Positions 13,731-26,654 of a stretch of 64,000 bases of DNA are shown here, in pieces; the stretch's first letter is position 1; the number at the start of each line of letters is the position of its first letter. The stretch is from Geosiphon pyriformis uo1 (Eukaryota; Fungi; Glomeromycota). Location: contig JAAOMT010000602.1 in assembly GCA_016748015.1 (NCBI GenBank), positions 1,563,696 to 1,627,695 of the forward strand. The letters run 5' to 3'. The notes beneath the pieces are model-generated. The model did no database searches and was not told the origin of the DNA. It saw nothing but the letters and a program-made list of their open reading frames with translations. The position numbers and the translations under genes were made by a program.

Positions 13731-14149
13731 TTTTTTTTGTCATCTGCCTGCCATATCCATGTTATCATCATTATTGTTTCGTGTCAATATTTGTAAATAT
13801 GGAGAGTACTATAGGAGGGAGATACTATAGGCAGTGCTCGTAAAGATGACTGGTGTTATAGTTCTTTTTTTTTAAAGCTGAAAATTTTAGCAATTTTTAT
13901 TGGCTAGCAAAGGTTTTAGGAGTTTCGAATTGATTTTAAATTTGGACTTATAATAATAATTAAATACTGTAACTATTACTTTAAAATCTTTACTAAAAGA
14001 AGAAATTTTTGAAAAAAGAAAGAAAAATGGTAAAAATCTGATTTTTATGTAGTTTGAAATATCAAAGAGTAGATTTTCTCACAAAATCAAATTCTTGAAG
14101 GTGTTTTTAAACTTGTCTCCAAGAAAATTTATCAGCCAAAATTCGCTCG

Positions 14150-14467
14150 TCTGCTTAGGTATCTTAATAACTATGGATTGGGCACAATATGTGATAATAG
14201 CAAGCCTTTAATTTCTAACAAAAAAGCACTGAAACTGGTTATTCATTAGGTCAAGCTCGATATGGGTATTGTTATATTGCCTTGGTTGGAACCAGTCAAG
14301 ATAAGCACCAAGCTTTTGTCTGGTTCAAAAAAGCAGCCAAGACTTGTAATATTGTAGTTCATATTAATTTTGTCAGTTGCTATAAACAGTGACGAGGAAT
14401 TAATGCAAATAGTCTTAAGGCATTCTATTGGTATCAGAAGGCAGCCGCAGTTGGGGATCTACCATGG
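14150..14467 (+). pseudogene. Sel1-like repeat protein remnant
   Basis: Frame from 14204: AFNF*QKSTETGYSLGQARYGYCYIALVGTSQDKHQAFVWFKKAAKT..SCYKQ*RGINANSLKAFYWYQKAAAVGD. This matches the Sel1 consensus and has in-frame stops. Confidence 0.8.
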
Positions 14468-14644
14468 CATTTCTAAACTTAAAATGGGATTTGTTTACAT
14501 TAACACTCGAAGTTCGTATTTCTATCAAACTATCATTGTTAAATTATAAGTAATTCAATACTAAACTTTAAATTTTACAAAAGTAATTTATTAAGCTAGG
14601 AAATAAAAATATTAGTTTCAAATATTTCAATAAAGCCTTAAAGC

Positions 14645-14850
14645 TCTCTCTTTCCAATTGAATGCCATTGCTTGATTTAGTGACACCTCATTCTACAATT
14701 TTCTCCATATTTTACTTCCGTTCACATTTAAGTCATCTCGGGATAAAAGCAAGGAAAAAGCATTTTATTAAAGGAGGTAAAATCTCGAGAGTTAAAGACT
14801 ATAGCTGCATTGTTAAAAGCTATTTCATTGCAGAAATTTTATGGCAATAC
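14645..14850 (-). pseudogene. BACK-domain fragment of the BTB-TLDc family
   Basis: Clear DNA similarity to 5725-5910 (GCATTTTATTAAAGGAGGTAAAATCTCGAGAGTTAAAGACT), with indels. Confidence 0.75.
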
Positions 14851-15592
14851 ATCATCAAGGCCTAGTATATATAAGTTGTCTTTTAACTGCTTAAATCATT
14901 TATTTTTCAACTAGTTATTTTTGTAATTTATGTATGTAGAATTTGTAATTGAATTATTCGATCCATTAATAAAGTAAACGCTTCAAAATGTATTTCTAAT
15001 TTATATTTTCTTAAAGAAAAAATTAATAAAGTTAATAAAGTCAGAATATAATTTTATGCACAAATTTAAAACTTAAATTTATATTAAATCTGCTACAGTA
15101 TATTTCAAATTGATGTGGTATATTATTAATTATCAATTTATAGACCAAATTTAAATGAAAATTAAATCAATTTCTCAAAAATCAAAATTAACAAATTTTG
15201 TAATTCTAAACATAATTTTTTTTGAAACATAATTTAGATTTTTGCATTTATTAAACTTTCTTGAAAATTTCTTTACTTTAATGTAATATAAAAATTATTA
15301 TTAAATTTTAAAATTAAATTGTAAAAATCACTTTTAAGTATATATGTAAATTATTTTAAAATATATAGAAATGAATATAAATATGGAACAGTCAATATAA
15401 TTTAGAAAAAATATATATCTTATGAAAAGATTGCTATTAAATTTATTAAGAGTCATTTAAATAATAATCATAAATAATTATATTTAATTATATTCTCAAT
15501 TTTATTAAATTCTTGCTGTCAAGGAGATACACAAGTTCTTTGAAATCTATAAATTAGAATTTATAGAGTAAATTAAGATTAGATAATAAGTG

Positions 15593-15697
<105 letters not shown>

Positions 15698-16566
15698 TAC
15701 ATTGGGTAATGACAGTTTTACACTAAATGGCTCATTCGGTAATTGAAAACGGTTGTACTTATCATATGTACAATCCCAATAGATATCCTAGCATACGTTA
15801 TTTTACATTTCCACGACTCTACTCCACATATTATTGATCATTTCTGAAAAAAAAAATTTAAAATGATTTTTAAGCTATGCTTCGGATTGTTATACTATTG
15901 GAATCGCCATTCATTACAAACATTTGTTTTTCTTTGGATATAATTGGAAATTATATTACCTGAATTTTATGCAAACACAGTAATAATAAAAATTATAAAT
16001 ATCTGGCTTTTGAAAAGATTGATGGTTTGGGTTTATTAAAATTAAGGTCTATTTATCAAAAATTGAAAAATAGATTGAAATAAAAATTAATAACTATTTG
16101 ATATTTATAAAATATATGAAATGAATCACTGATTTTTATAAATATAACATGTCTTACAAGTTCCATCATAGCTTATACTTTATAAATAGTTTGCTTTTTC
16201 TAGGAAAAACTTATACTGGTTGCGTATATTTAAACTTTTATCCAAATTTATCAATTTCTATTGCTATTTATTCTCGACTTTTTATTTTGATAACGTATTG
16301 TTTATTGAGTTTGACTTATGCCTAAACTTCGAAAGATTGCTCTATATTAAAATTTAATGTGGGTAATTCTTATGTTTTTATTTAAAAAGTAAGAAAGTGT
16401 TCTCTAAAAAAAGATTCATTAGTAATCCTATTCAGAATGTACCGCGTTTAAAATAAGATTTTATTTGTGAATTTGGCTTTCTTGGAAGGGGGACAAGAGC
16501 GATAGACTATAAAAGATTTTATAAGTACAAATTTCAAAATTGTGAGAAAATATCTTATGCAGTGAT

Positions 16567-18046
16567 TTAATTTTTGATAATTAAAAAAACTTCATACTCA
16601 TCAAAAAAAATTCTACCATTGTGTTTTCTGACCCAGGCATTATAACGTGCTCATAATTTGTTTACTTTATACAACTGCATGGAATAGATTGAAAATTAAG
16701 ACTATATGTTCGAATACTATCACAGCCAAATTGGGGTCCGAACTCTTTATGACAAAAAGGTCCAAATCCACTAATAAACTTGCTAAGTTTGGCATTTTGA
16801 GCTTTGCCATCTCCAAGGGTAAAAATAAAACTTCCCTCTCCATTTAAATAATAATCTAAAGAGTTCCAAGCTTCTGGGCTATAGCCACCAATCAATTGAC
16901 CAGTTCCTTTGACTTTGGTTACAGCAATTGTTGCTCCTTTGTTATCACACAACCGATGAAAATTATTTGGTGAGAATCCGTCTCGACTGCCTCGAAGTAG
17001 TAATTTAAAATCATTTTCAAGTTGATCTTCCAAAGGAGTATTTTGGTCTTTGCCTTGAATCCAATGATCAAGCTGTTTTATATTATGTGATTGGAGAAGC
17101 TTTGAATCATTTAAGCAGGAAACACGTAATGGCTGAGCATCCACAGACTCTTGATGACTACCCGGTACTAGATAATGCTGTAAAAGATCTTCATATAAGG
17201 TTCCAGGTAAAATCCTCGCAAATGGCTTTACTTATGATAAAAGTCAACTGAAGAGATGTTAAAGAACCGGATTAAAGGTAGAAGTTCTCCAATAGATTCC
17301 TTAAAAGCTTCAAAGTTTTCATCTGTCCAATTAAGAACTTTTTCCAATTGAATGTCATTGCTTAATTTAGCGACTCCCCATTCTATAATCTTTTCCCATA
17401 TTTTACTTTCTTCAATATTTAGGTCATCCTGGGATAAAATTGAGCAAAGAGCATTTTTATTAAGGGAGATAAAATCTTGAGAGTTAAAGACTGCAGCCGG
17501 ATTGTTGACAGCTATTTCGGTGCAGAACTTTTGTAGCTTTTTGAACGAATTATGGATGAAGGATGTTTCATGAAAGGTGGCAAAAGTTTCTTCCAACTCT
17601 TTTGCATAATGTTCGATTAAATAATCTTTAAGGTGATCAATAAGTTTTTTTAGAATAAGCTCGTCAGCGGCAATAAGCAATTCTAAGATTGTAAGTGGTC
17701 AGTGTTCATTAAGAGATATTTCACCACTATAAATGTATCTAGATAAAATAAAAAAAGTAAATAGTCATGAATAGAAATATTAAGCAAAAAAGTTACTCAC
17801 CGAACAATCACCTCAAAAATATCTGGCGATATATTAGGTTTAGAAAAGACGATAGTGTTATTTTCTCTTTTAACCCAATCACCAGAGAGTGCCATAGCAA
17901 AATACGAGGATCTTGCTGCTAAAATTTGTGAATGAACATGAAAAGTTCTAGTATTAGGCGCTTCGCCAACAATAATCCTAACATCAGAAAAATTCTGACT
18001 ATTCAATAAGCTCTCGAAATCGTGAGATAAAGCGTGAAAGAGTCAT
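16567..18046 (-). pseudogene. BTB-BACK-TLDc copy 2, pseudogene (intron 17800-17739)
   Basis: 11-nt deletion right after the ATG (ATG[GCACCCCAACA]ACTC), a 1-nt deletion near 17232, GAA>TAA at 16662-16664, and a 1-nt deletion near 16605 relative to the paralogs. Confidence 0.88.
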
Positions 18047-18769
18047 TGATAAGATATGAAAAGTTGATTTTAAAAAGAATTTTAATTTTATATTAATATT
18101 AATATGCATTGATTACCATAAATGATAAACCTGCTGCATTTAATATCGTTTAAAGTTGTTTTGACAGAAATTCTCATTGTGAGTTAAAATTGCATTTTTG
18201 AAGAGCAAGGATAGCATTCGAAAACACTTTTCATAAAAAATGGTATTTTTTTAGAAGTTTTCTTTATTTAAATCAAAAATTCACTAGAAATAACTTAAAT
18301 TTTTTTGAAAATAAGATTATAAAAGCTGTGCTAAATATTATATACAAGTAAAATTTAATTAAAGAAATTTTGGTGTGAATAAATAAAATGAATTCATTAA
18401 ATTTATTATAACATAAAATGTTGAAAAAACTTTGTCTAAACGTAAATGTTCGTATTTATGCTTCATTTAATAGCTTACAGCTTTATATGTCTTCTTATAA
18501 CTTATTCATTATAGATTTCGATTAAAATATATAATATTATTAATTATTCATGATGACTATACTAAATCTTTATAATAACAAAATTGAATTTATTTAAAAA
18601 AAATTTAAAATCTCCTAATGTGAAATAATGCAATATATAATATGTAATTATTTATTTTAAAATTCTAATTTTAATTTTTGAATCAAAATTAATTTAATGA
18701 TAGGTATAAGTACAACTGATATAACAACATGCCTCACTCGGCATTATTAAAATTCAATAATAGTCAAAG

Positions 18770-19362
18770 GATGTAGCAAGCAAATCCTAATCTTTGTTCT
18801 AAAATTAAGTAAAATCACTAAACTACCTACTATAGAATGTCAAAAAGTTGAAAAAATAAGAAAAATTGAGCACAAAGACAGTAATAGTCTTCGTAGAAAA
18901 ACTATAAACAAATATTGAGAAAAGTAGGTCAATATGTTTATAAAAATTCTTTGTCTCTGCAATCACACACTTAGCAGACATTAAAATCACTTGGATATAT
19001 GAAAACCTACCAATTACTACAGAAATGCTCATGCAAATTTAAAAGCATAAACGTGTTAAATGAACCAAATTTCATCTTAATGATATCAGGAAAAAACCTT
19101 ATTTTCTGATAAAACAGCGTCTCAACTGTTCCCAAACACAATTCAACATGGGGTATAAGGGAAAACAGCCAATTTGTCCAAGAGCAAAAGATTGTACAAA
19201 ATTTGTTGTATGGAATAGTTCTTGTATAAGGAGAAAATCTAATTTATTTTGTTTTTGGCGTATTATGGATGATTAGTTTTTATATTGAAATTTTGCAACA
19301 ACATATTGGAAAAGTTAATGGAATACTTGGGAAGAAGTGGTGCTTTGAACAAGATAATAGTT
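18770..19362 (+). mobile_element. Tc1/mariner transposase remnant (same family as the 31-kb copy)
   Basis: KTLFSDKTASQLFPNTIQHGYKG..FVVW..IMDD*FYIEILQQHI..KKWCFEQDN; homologous to 31040-31630. Confidence 0.78.
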
Positions 19363-20132
19363 GAAATTCATACTTAATTATCTTAATTAATTGTATAATA
19401 ATAATTACATGATGTAATAATAGCTTTTACACTAAATCACTCGTTTGCTATTTTATATGTTGAATCACAATTTTTATTAGTAGTTATTTAAAATATCATG
19501 CAAAATACCTTCTCGCTCTTTCATTACAAAATACTCCAATTCTAATAGAGATTCTAGGATCTGTTTTTTACATTTCCCCAACTATACTCCACATATTTTT
19601 GATAGAATTTAAATTAGAATTATTTGGCTATATAGCAAATGTGTTTCGGATTGTTATACTATTGAATCGCCATTCACTACTAACATTTTTTTTTCTTTGA
19701 TATATGTTTCCCAATAATTACTATTTAAATTATATGGATATAACTGGAAGAATAAAATTATAAATATTACAAGTTCCATCATAGCTTATTCTTTACAAAT
19801 AACTATATATATATATATTCCTTTTTTATTGACTTTTTGTTTTGTTAACTTATTGTTTATTGAGTTTGACTTATTCCTAAACTTCGAAAGATCGCTCTAT
19901 ATTAAAACTCGATGTGGGCAATTCTTATGTTTTTATTCAAAAATTAATAAAATGTTCTCTAAAAAAAAGGTTCATTAGGGTAAACCTATTCAGAATGTAC
20001 TGCGTTTAAAATAAGATTTTATTTAGGAATTTGGCTTTCTTGGAATGGATAGATTCTCTAAGTGCAAATATCAAAATTAGAAGTCCTATTTAGCCTAACC
20101 TTTAGAAAAATATCTAATCCAGTGATTAAATT

Positions 20133-21623
20133 TTAGAGGATTTGAAAAACTTCATACTCATCAAACAAGAATTCTACCGTTGTATTTTCTGATCCAGGCA
20201 TTATGGCGTGCTCATAATTTGTTTCCTTTCGACAACTGCATGGAATAGATTGAGAATTACTACTATAGGTTCGAATACTCCACCAGCCAAATTGGGCCAC
20301 GCAATCTTTATGACCAAAAGGTCCATATCCACTAACGAATTTGCTAAGCTTAGCATTTTGAGGTTTGCCATCTCCAAGAGAAAAAATAAAACTTCCCTCT
20401 CCATTTAAATGTGAACCTAAAGAGTGCCAAGATTCCGGGGTATAGCCGCCGATCAATTGACCAGTCCCTTTGACTTTGATTACAGTAACTGTTGCTCCTT
20501 TTTTATCACATAACCGATGGAAATCATTTGGTGAGAATCCGTCTCGACTGCCTCGAAGTAGTAATTTAAAAGCATTTACTGGTTTGTTTTGAAAAGGAGT
20601 GTTTTCGTTTTTGCCTTCAATCCAGTGATTAAGCTGCTTTATATTGTGTAGTTGAAGAAGCTCTGATTCAATTTTTGATTGTGAAAACCGTAATGACTGA
20701 GCGTCAAGAGATGTTTGATGACTCCCCGGTACTAGATAATGGTGTAAAAGATCTTCATATAAGGTTCCAGGTAAAATTCTAGCAAATGGCTTTACTTTAT
20801 AATAAAAGTCAACTGAAGATATATTGAAGAACCGGATTAAAGGTAGAAATTCTCCAATAGATTCCTTAAAAGCTTCAAAGTTTTCATCTGTCCAATTAAG
20901 AACTTTATCCAATTGAATCCCATTGCTTAATTTAGCTGCTCCCCATTCTAAAATCTTTTTCCATATTTCAATTTCTTCCATATTTAAGTCATCCCGAGAT
21001 AAAATTGAGCAAAGAGCATTTTTATTAAGAGAGGTAAAATCTTGAGAGTTAAAGACTGTAGCTGGATTGTTGACAGCTATTTCGGTGCAGAACTTTTGTA
21101 GCTTATTGAACGAATGATGGTTGAAGGATGTTTCATTAAAAGTGGTAAAATTTTTTTCCAAATCTGTTGCATGGTGTTCAATTAGATAATCTTCAAGGAG
21201 ATCAATAAGGTTTTCTAGAATAAGTTCATCAGCGACAATAAGCAATTCTAAGATTGTAAGTGCTCCGTGTTCATTAAGAGATATTTCACCACTATAAATG
21301 TATCTAGATAAAATAAAAAAATTAAATACTCATGAATAGAAATATTAAGCCAACAAAATTACTCACCGAAGAATCACCTCAAAAATGTGGGGTGATATAT
21401 TAGGTTTAGAAAAGACGATGGTTTTATTTTCTCTTTTAAAATCACCACTAGACAGCGCTACAGCAAAATACGAGGATCTTGCTGCTAAAATTTGTGAATG
21501 GACATTAAAACTTCTAATATTAGGCGCTTTGCCAACAGCAATCCTAACATCAAAAAAATTCTGACTATTCAATAAACTCCCAAAATCGTGAGATAAAGCG
21601 TGAAAAAGTTGTTGGGGTGCCAT
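20133..21623 (-). CDS. BTB/POZ-BACK-TLDc protein, copy 3, intact (exons 21623-21367, 21303-20133)
   Basis: 63-nt intron 21366-21304. TLDc motifs FKLLLRGSRDGF..FHRLCDKKGATVTVIKVKGTGQLIGGY..SFIFS..EYEVFQI. Confidence 0.92.
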
Positions 21624-22717
21624 TAATAAGATATCTTAAAAAGAAAGGGATTCAAATTTTATATCTGGAAAGATGATAAACCCGCTGCAGAAAAATGATC
21701 TATTAGAAGTAAACTTTTATACAGTACATCACGAGTCTAATTACTGCATATTAAATAAATTCTAAATTTAAAGATTCGAGATTTTTTAGCATATAGCTTA
21801 TATTTTATTATGTTTATAAAAACATTCTGCTTTAAACTAATTTTAAGAAGTGTTATGTCATGAGATTTGTTTAAATTATCAATACATTTGAAAACAGCAG
21901 CATTTAGTGTTGAATAATATAATTAAAAGTGCTTTTTTAAGAAATTAATTTTCTTGCAAGGTATATTTATTCATTTCTATAAAATAAAGCTGCAAGCTTT
22001 TCAAAGTATCTGAAATAAAAAACATAATATTTAAAGCATAACTGTCTTAAAAGTAAAAATATTGTAAAAAGATTTATATCTTGACAAAACAATGGTCTGT
22101 CTCCATTAGTAAACCAAATTTTAAATTTTTTTTTTAAAAGTAATTGAGATTTTGCATGATTAAGAAAATATAAATAGCTAAATATTATTATTTAAAATCA
22201 TCAATGAAAACAAAATTTTTTATAAATATATACAATATAAAAAGAAATTTTCTCTTTTAATATGAAATTGTGTGTATGTATATTTTTCCTAAAAAGGGAT
22301 TATCATACACCATGATATTAGTATTTTTCTTTATTTAAATCAAAATTCCTGAAAAATAAGATATAAAATCTGTGCTAAATATTATACACAAGTCAAATTC
22401 GATTAAATAATTTTTCATGTGAATAATAAAATGAATACATTCATGTAAAATGTGAAAAAAAGCTTTTAAATAAACACAAAAGAAATCTTCAGATTTTTAT
22501 TTTATTAAATAGCTTATAGCTTTGTAAGTCTTCTTAAATGTTTTATAATTATTTAATAATATTATATAAAACTATTTTTAAATTAATTATTATTTATAAA
22601 AAATTTCTAAACCTAATTTTAACACAATAATTAATAAATTGGCAAAAACTTGATAGTAATATTAAAAACATTAAATTTAAAGATATATTATAAATATTGT
22701 CAAATTTTTATCCAACA

Positions 22718-22815
22718 TTTTTTTTATTGCTTACACATATGTTGTCTATCTAAATACATCCATGTTCCACATTAGACGCAGCTCATGCTTTTTTCTACAC
22801 GTGATCAGCCACTCC
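22718..22815 (-). mobile_element. Short A-tailed dispersed element (CACGTG-containing), copy 1
   Basis: Reverse complement GTGGCTGATCACGTGTAGAAAAAAGCATGAGCTGCGTC...TAAGCAATAAAAAAAAA matches 25955-26068 and 60420-60557. Confidence 0.65.
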
Positions 22816-23479
22816 TTATTTATCAGACTAGTTTAAGGGTTTCATCAATTCCATACTTACAAACCAACATGAAATAATAGAAATTAATTAAAAATATTTA
22901 TTTACGATTTAAATTTATATTCAATATTAAATATTGCAACTAAATATTAAAAGTAGAAAATTTCTTTAAATTCTATTTTATAGCGATACCAATTTTATAT
23001 TAAAATTATACTTAACAAGAAATTTCCAATTTATATCAAATCTGCAAATTCATTTTTTGATAAGTTTTCTGTTTTATAATCAACCTAAATTAAAACAATG
23101 TTGGAAATACTGGTTTTTAAAAAATTCACTAACTGAAATATCAGATAACCATCAACCCGTTCTTAGAATCACGAATAGGGAAGTTCTACACTGGAATTGA
23201 AATACCAAAAAATTCCTATTAAAAAATTGTCAAGGTTAGTAGTAAAAATCCAAATTCAAATTGTGTAATGGATATAGAATACTAAAATTTGAAAATGCAC
23301 AAAAATTCTAAATTCTTTTTTCTCTTTTTTTATATAGAAAACGTTTCATTTACATGAACTCATATGATTCTTTTTAGAGCATTCCTCAATCAATAAAACT
23401 ACCTTTTTCAAGAAAGAATAAAACGAGTTTTAATAAAACTGCCTCTTTATTTTCTCTATTTCTATTTCTATTTCTTTTC

Positions 23480-23960
23480 TTAACATGGAGAACTTTAACA
23501 AAACATTAAAATATTATTCTAAAGCTAACCCTCGATAATAAGTGATGACAAAAATCTAATAATTTCTTACAAGCTAAATACGATATACTCATTGAACATA
23601 GCATTGTAACCAGTAGAATTGAAAGGAATAAATACATATACTATTAACTCCAATGCTCCTTTACTACAATAAGGGTGAAATATAACAGTTTCCCATTCCT
23701 AAGGATATTTTTGGAGGGACTTGGGCGATTGTCTTTCTTGAGATATACACAGTGAGAAGTGGTAGACAGTAAATGGCAATAAAAAAAATGTTCAGCATGA
23801 ATTTCCATTTGAATTTCAAGTCCTGGCTAAAATGCTCTATAACATTTATTTCAACAATTACAGTAACTAGAGTAGTGTACACAAAGAAATCTGCACCCGA
23901 CTAATACTTCAAACTTTTGTTTACATTGGTCTTTGTTTATCGTAACCAGGAAAAGTTGTA
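23480..23960 (-). pseudogene. Decayed multi-TM (possibly GPCR-like) gene fragment
   Basis: Hydrophobic segments FMLNIFFIAIYCLPLLTV, loop GNCYISP, then (frameshifted) FLSILLVTMLCSMSISYLACKKL and RVSFRIIF; contains stops. Confidence 0.3.
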
Positions 23961-24414
23961 GATCAAATATTTCAACAGGAATATGTGTGTCAATATAAAT
24001 CTATTCTTACCTTTATTAAGCTACAAGTATTGATTTAATCAACGTGAAATGTTTTTTGAACAATAGAAGACGGAATTTTTCTGATTTTGTATTTTAGGAG
24101 TAACAACAGAGGCATTGATTGCTTTCAGAAGTGGCTGAGCAGGCTTTTTGAATTTATTATGTTCTTGGTAAAATGCCACAACCACTATGTATAACATAAT
24201 AATTTAGAGACTGTTCTGATAAATGCGATGGTTACTATTAAATTTCTAAACTTCAAAACCCTAAATTTGCAATTCTATGAAACTTGGTTATGGTCAATTA
24301 TGAATAATTTAACAAAAGTTTAAATTTGCAAAAGTAATTTTTAAAGCAGGGAAATAAAAATATTAGTTGCAGAAAAAACCAATAAATTTTTTAAAAGCTT
24401 TAAGGTTTTTGTCT

Positions 24415-24600
24415 GCCAATTGAAGAACTTTTCCAACTAAATGCTATTACTTAATTTAGCAACTTCCCATTCTACAATCTTTCTCCATATCTTACTTAAG
24501 TCATCTGGGATAAAAGTGAAGAAAGAATATTTTATTAAGGGAGGTAAAATTTTGAGAGTTAAAGACTATAGCTGCATTGTTCGGTGTTGAGCTTTTATAG
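24415..24600 (-). pseudogene. Second BACK-domain fragment
   Basis: Similar to 14645-14850 and to the BACK region of the intact copies; the neighbouring 24240-24410 matches 14470-14640. Confidence 0.72.
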
Positions 24601-25954
24601 CTTTCGAATGATTAATTTTAATGTATTTTGTTATATTTTTCTTTAAAATAGGCTAATAGCATTATACTAATGTCTTTTTTATTGTTTGTTTTTTCAAAGT
24701 GTTTTTGCTAATAGACTTGTATACATATTATATATATAATTTTTTCAAATCAGATAATTTTTGAAAGCATTTAATTTTTGTAATATAATTGGTTGATTGT
24801 TTTGCAAAAATTTTTTTTGTCAATCATATTTTGGTAATTATTGTTTTTTATCCAAAATTTGATGAATGTTGAATAATTTTCCGAAATCATTGTTAGTGTT
24901 GTTTAAAGTAATTATATTAATAATTAAATAGTTTGTTTAGTTTTGGCTTTTTTATTATTGAATTATTAAATAAAAGAAAACCAACATTTTAATAACTTAT
25001 TTTTTGACATTTAATTTCAGAATTGTATTTATTTACATAAAGAATTTAACAAACTATTTAACAATATTTAAACTTGTTTTATAACCAAATAGTTTTTCTT
25101 AATTAAAAATTTCAAACATTAGTGTAATAAATAAATAGTTTTTTTAAATGAGATTGTTTTAAAATTGGTTTAAAGATAATTTTTTTTAATAGCTTTTAAA
25201 GCTTTTTGTTGGTTTGTACTCTATTAATAAAGGCAATGGTATTTTTTTGTAATATTAACAGAGACACTTCTATATTTTTTAAAACTAAATGGAATGTTTT
25301 ACTAATAATATTGTAATTGTATAAATGGCTCTAAATATTTGTAATTATACTTTAAGCAAAGTAAACTTTTTACAGAAATTTTCTATTTGTAAGCTATTCA
25401 AAATGTGTGTGCATATATTTTTTTTTTGGTATTTAGAAAGCAAATCTCTTTAATGTTATGCGTTAAAGTTAATTTTTAAATGATTATAATCAGGTTAAAC
25501 TAATTAAAGTGAATTTATTTTAACAATTCGGTGTGTCATTTTACAGAAACTTTGACTGAAAAAAGTCCTGCCAAAAAAGAGAGAGATGCTTTCAACACAA
25601 CCAAAGGCTGCTTTGTATCAGTAGTACTTAAGGGAAATGCTTTCACAATGTTTTGCTTAGTTGCTTTTACTATTGAAAGAGCTTTTTTGGGTAGTTGTTT
25701 TCTTATTTACTATAGGGAAAATACAGTTTCTTCTATTTTGCTTTTTGCTCTGTGTCATGGTCATAAAATTAGAAAAGAGAAAGAATTTTGTTGTATACAA
25801 TTTTTTATTTTAATTCTTGATTATTTTAGTTATTATTTTTAAGCCCAAAATTTTATTAATATTTGAAATAAAATTTAAGCAAATTATTTTTTAAACTTAA
25901 ATAATTAAAACAAAACAAAAATCCATCATGTATGTTTATTAATTATTTTAAGCT

Positions 25955-26068
25955 CTCGGGTGGCGGGTCACGTGCTGACAAAGCATGAGCTGCGCCTATT
26001 ATAGAATGTTTTTATTTTTATGTCTGTAGATAGTGGTTGGGACACACTTCGTTAAGCAATAAAAAAAA
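25955..26068 (+). mobile_element. Short A-tailed dispersed element, copy 2
   Basis: GGTGGCGGGTCACGTGCTGACAAAGCATGAGCTGCGCC...GTTAAGCAATAAAAAAAA. Confidence 0.65.
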
Positions 26069-26654
26069 TTTTAAACTTATTTTTTGTGTACTATTTTATT
26101 TTGTTTTATTTATCTATTTCTAACCTAACATATTTATTATCAAGATATTTTCTATGAAAATAAGAAAAGCTATGATTAATAAAGAGTTTGTTTGATTATA
26201 ATGTAGGTAGTTGAACCATTCTATTTATAATTTCTTTATTTACAATTAGTCCTGTAATTAAAATCTTTAATTGATTATTCCGTTATAATTGCTTTTGATC
26301 GAAATAAGAATTGGAGTTTGCTCGTACTAATCAATGAATTCAGACGTTTCTAATTATTATATTTCCCCAAAACTCGTTACCATTTTTAATAAAGCAATCG
26401 TTATATTTAGTTATGCTAAAGATCTCAAATATTAAAATAGCTTAGATCAATTCCTAATCTGAGATGGGTACTCTATTTAGACAAAAAGATTTTTATATAC
26501 TTGGAAAAGAAGGCCCAAAAATTGACCTATATTTACATGGACACTATAATAAAACTAGGTTGATTCTGAAAACAGGGAGAACTATCTTATATTGTAAATG
26601 TTCCGTTGGATGAAAGATACAATTTTTTCAACGTATCAAAAACTTTTTCTTGAA

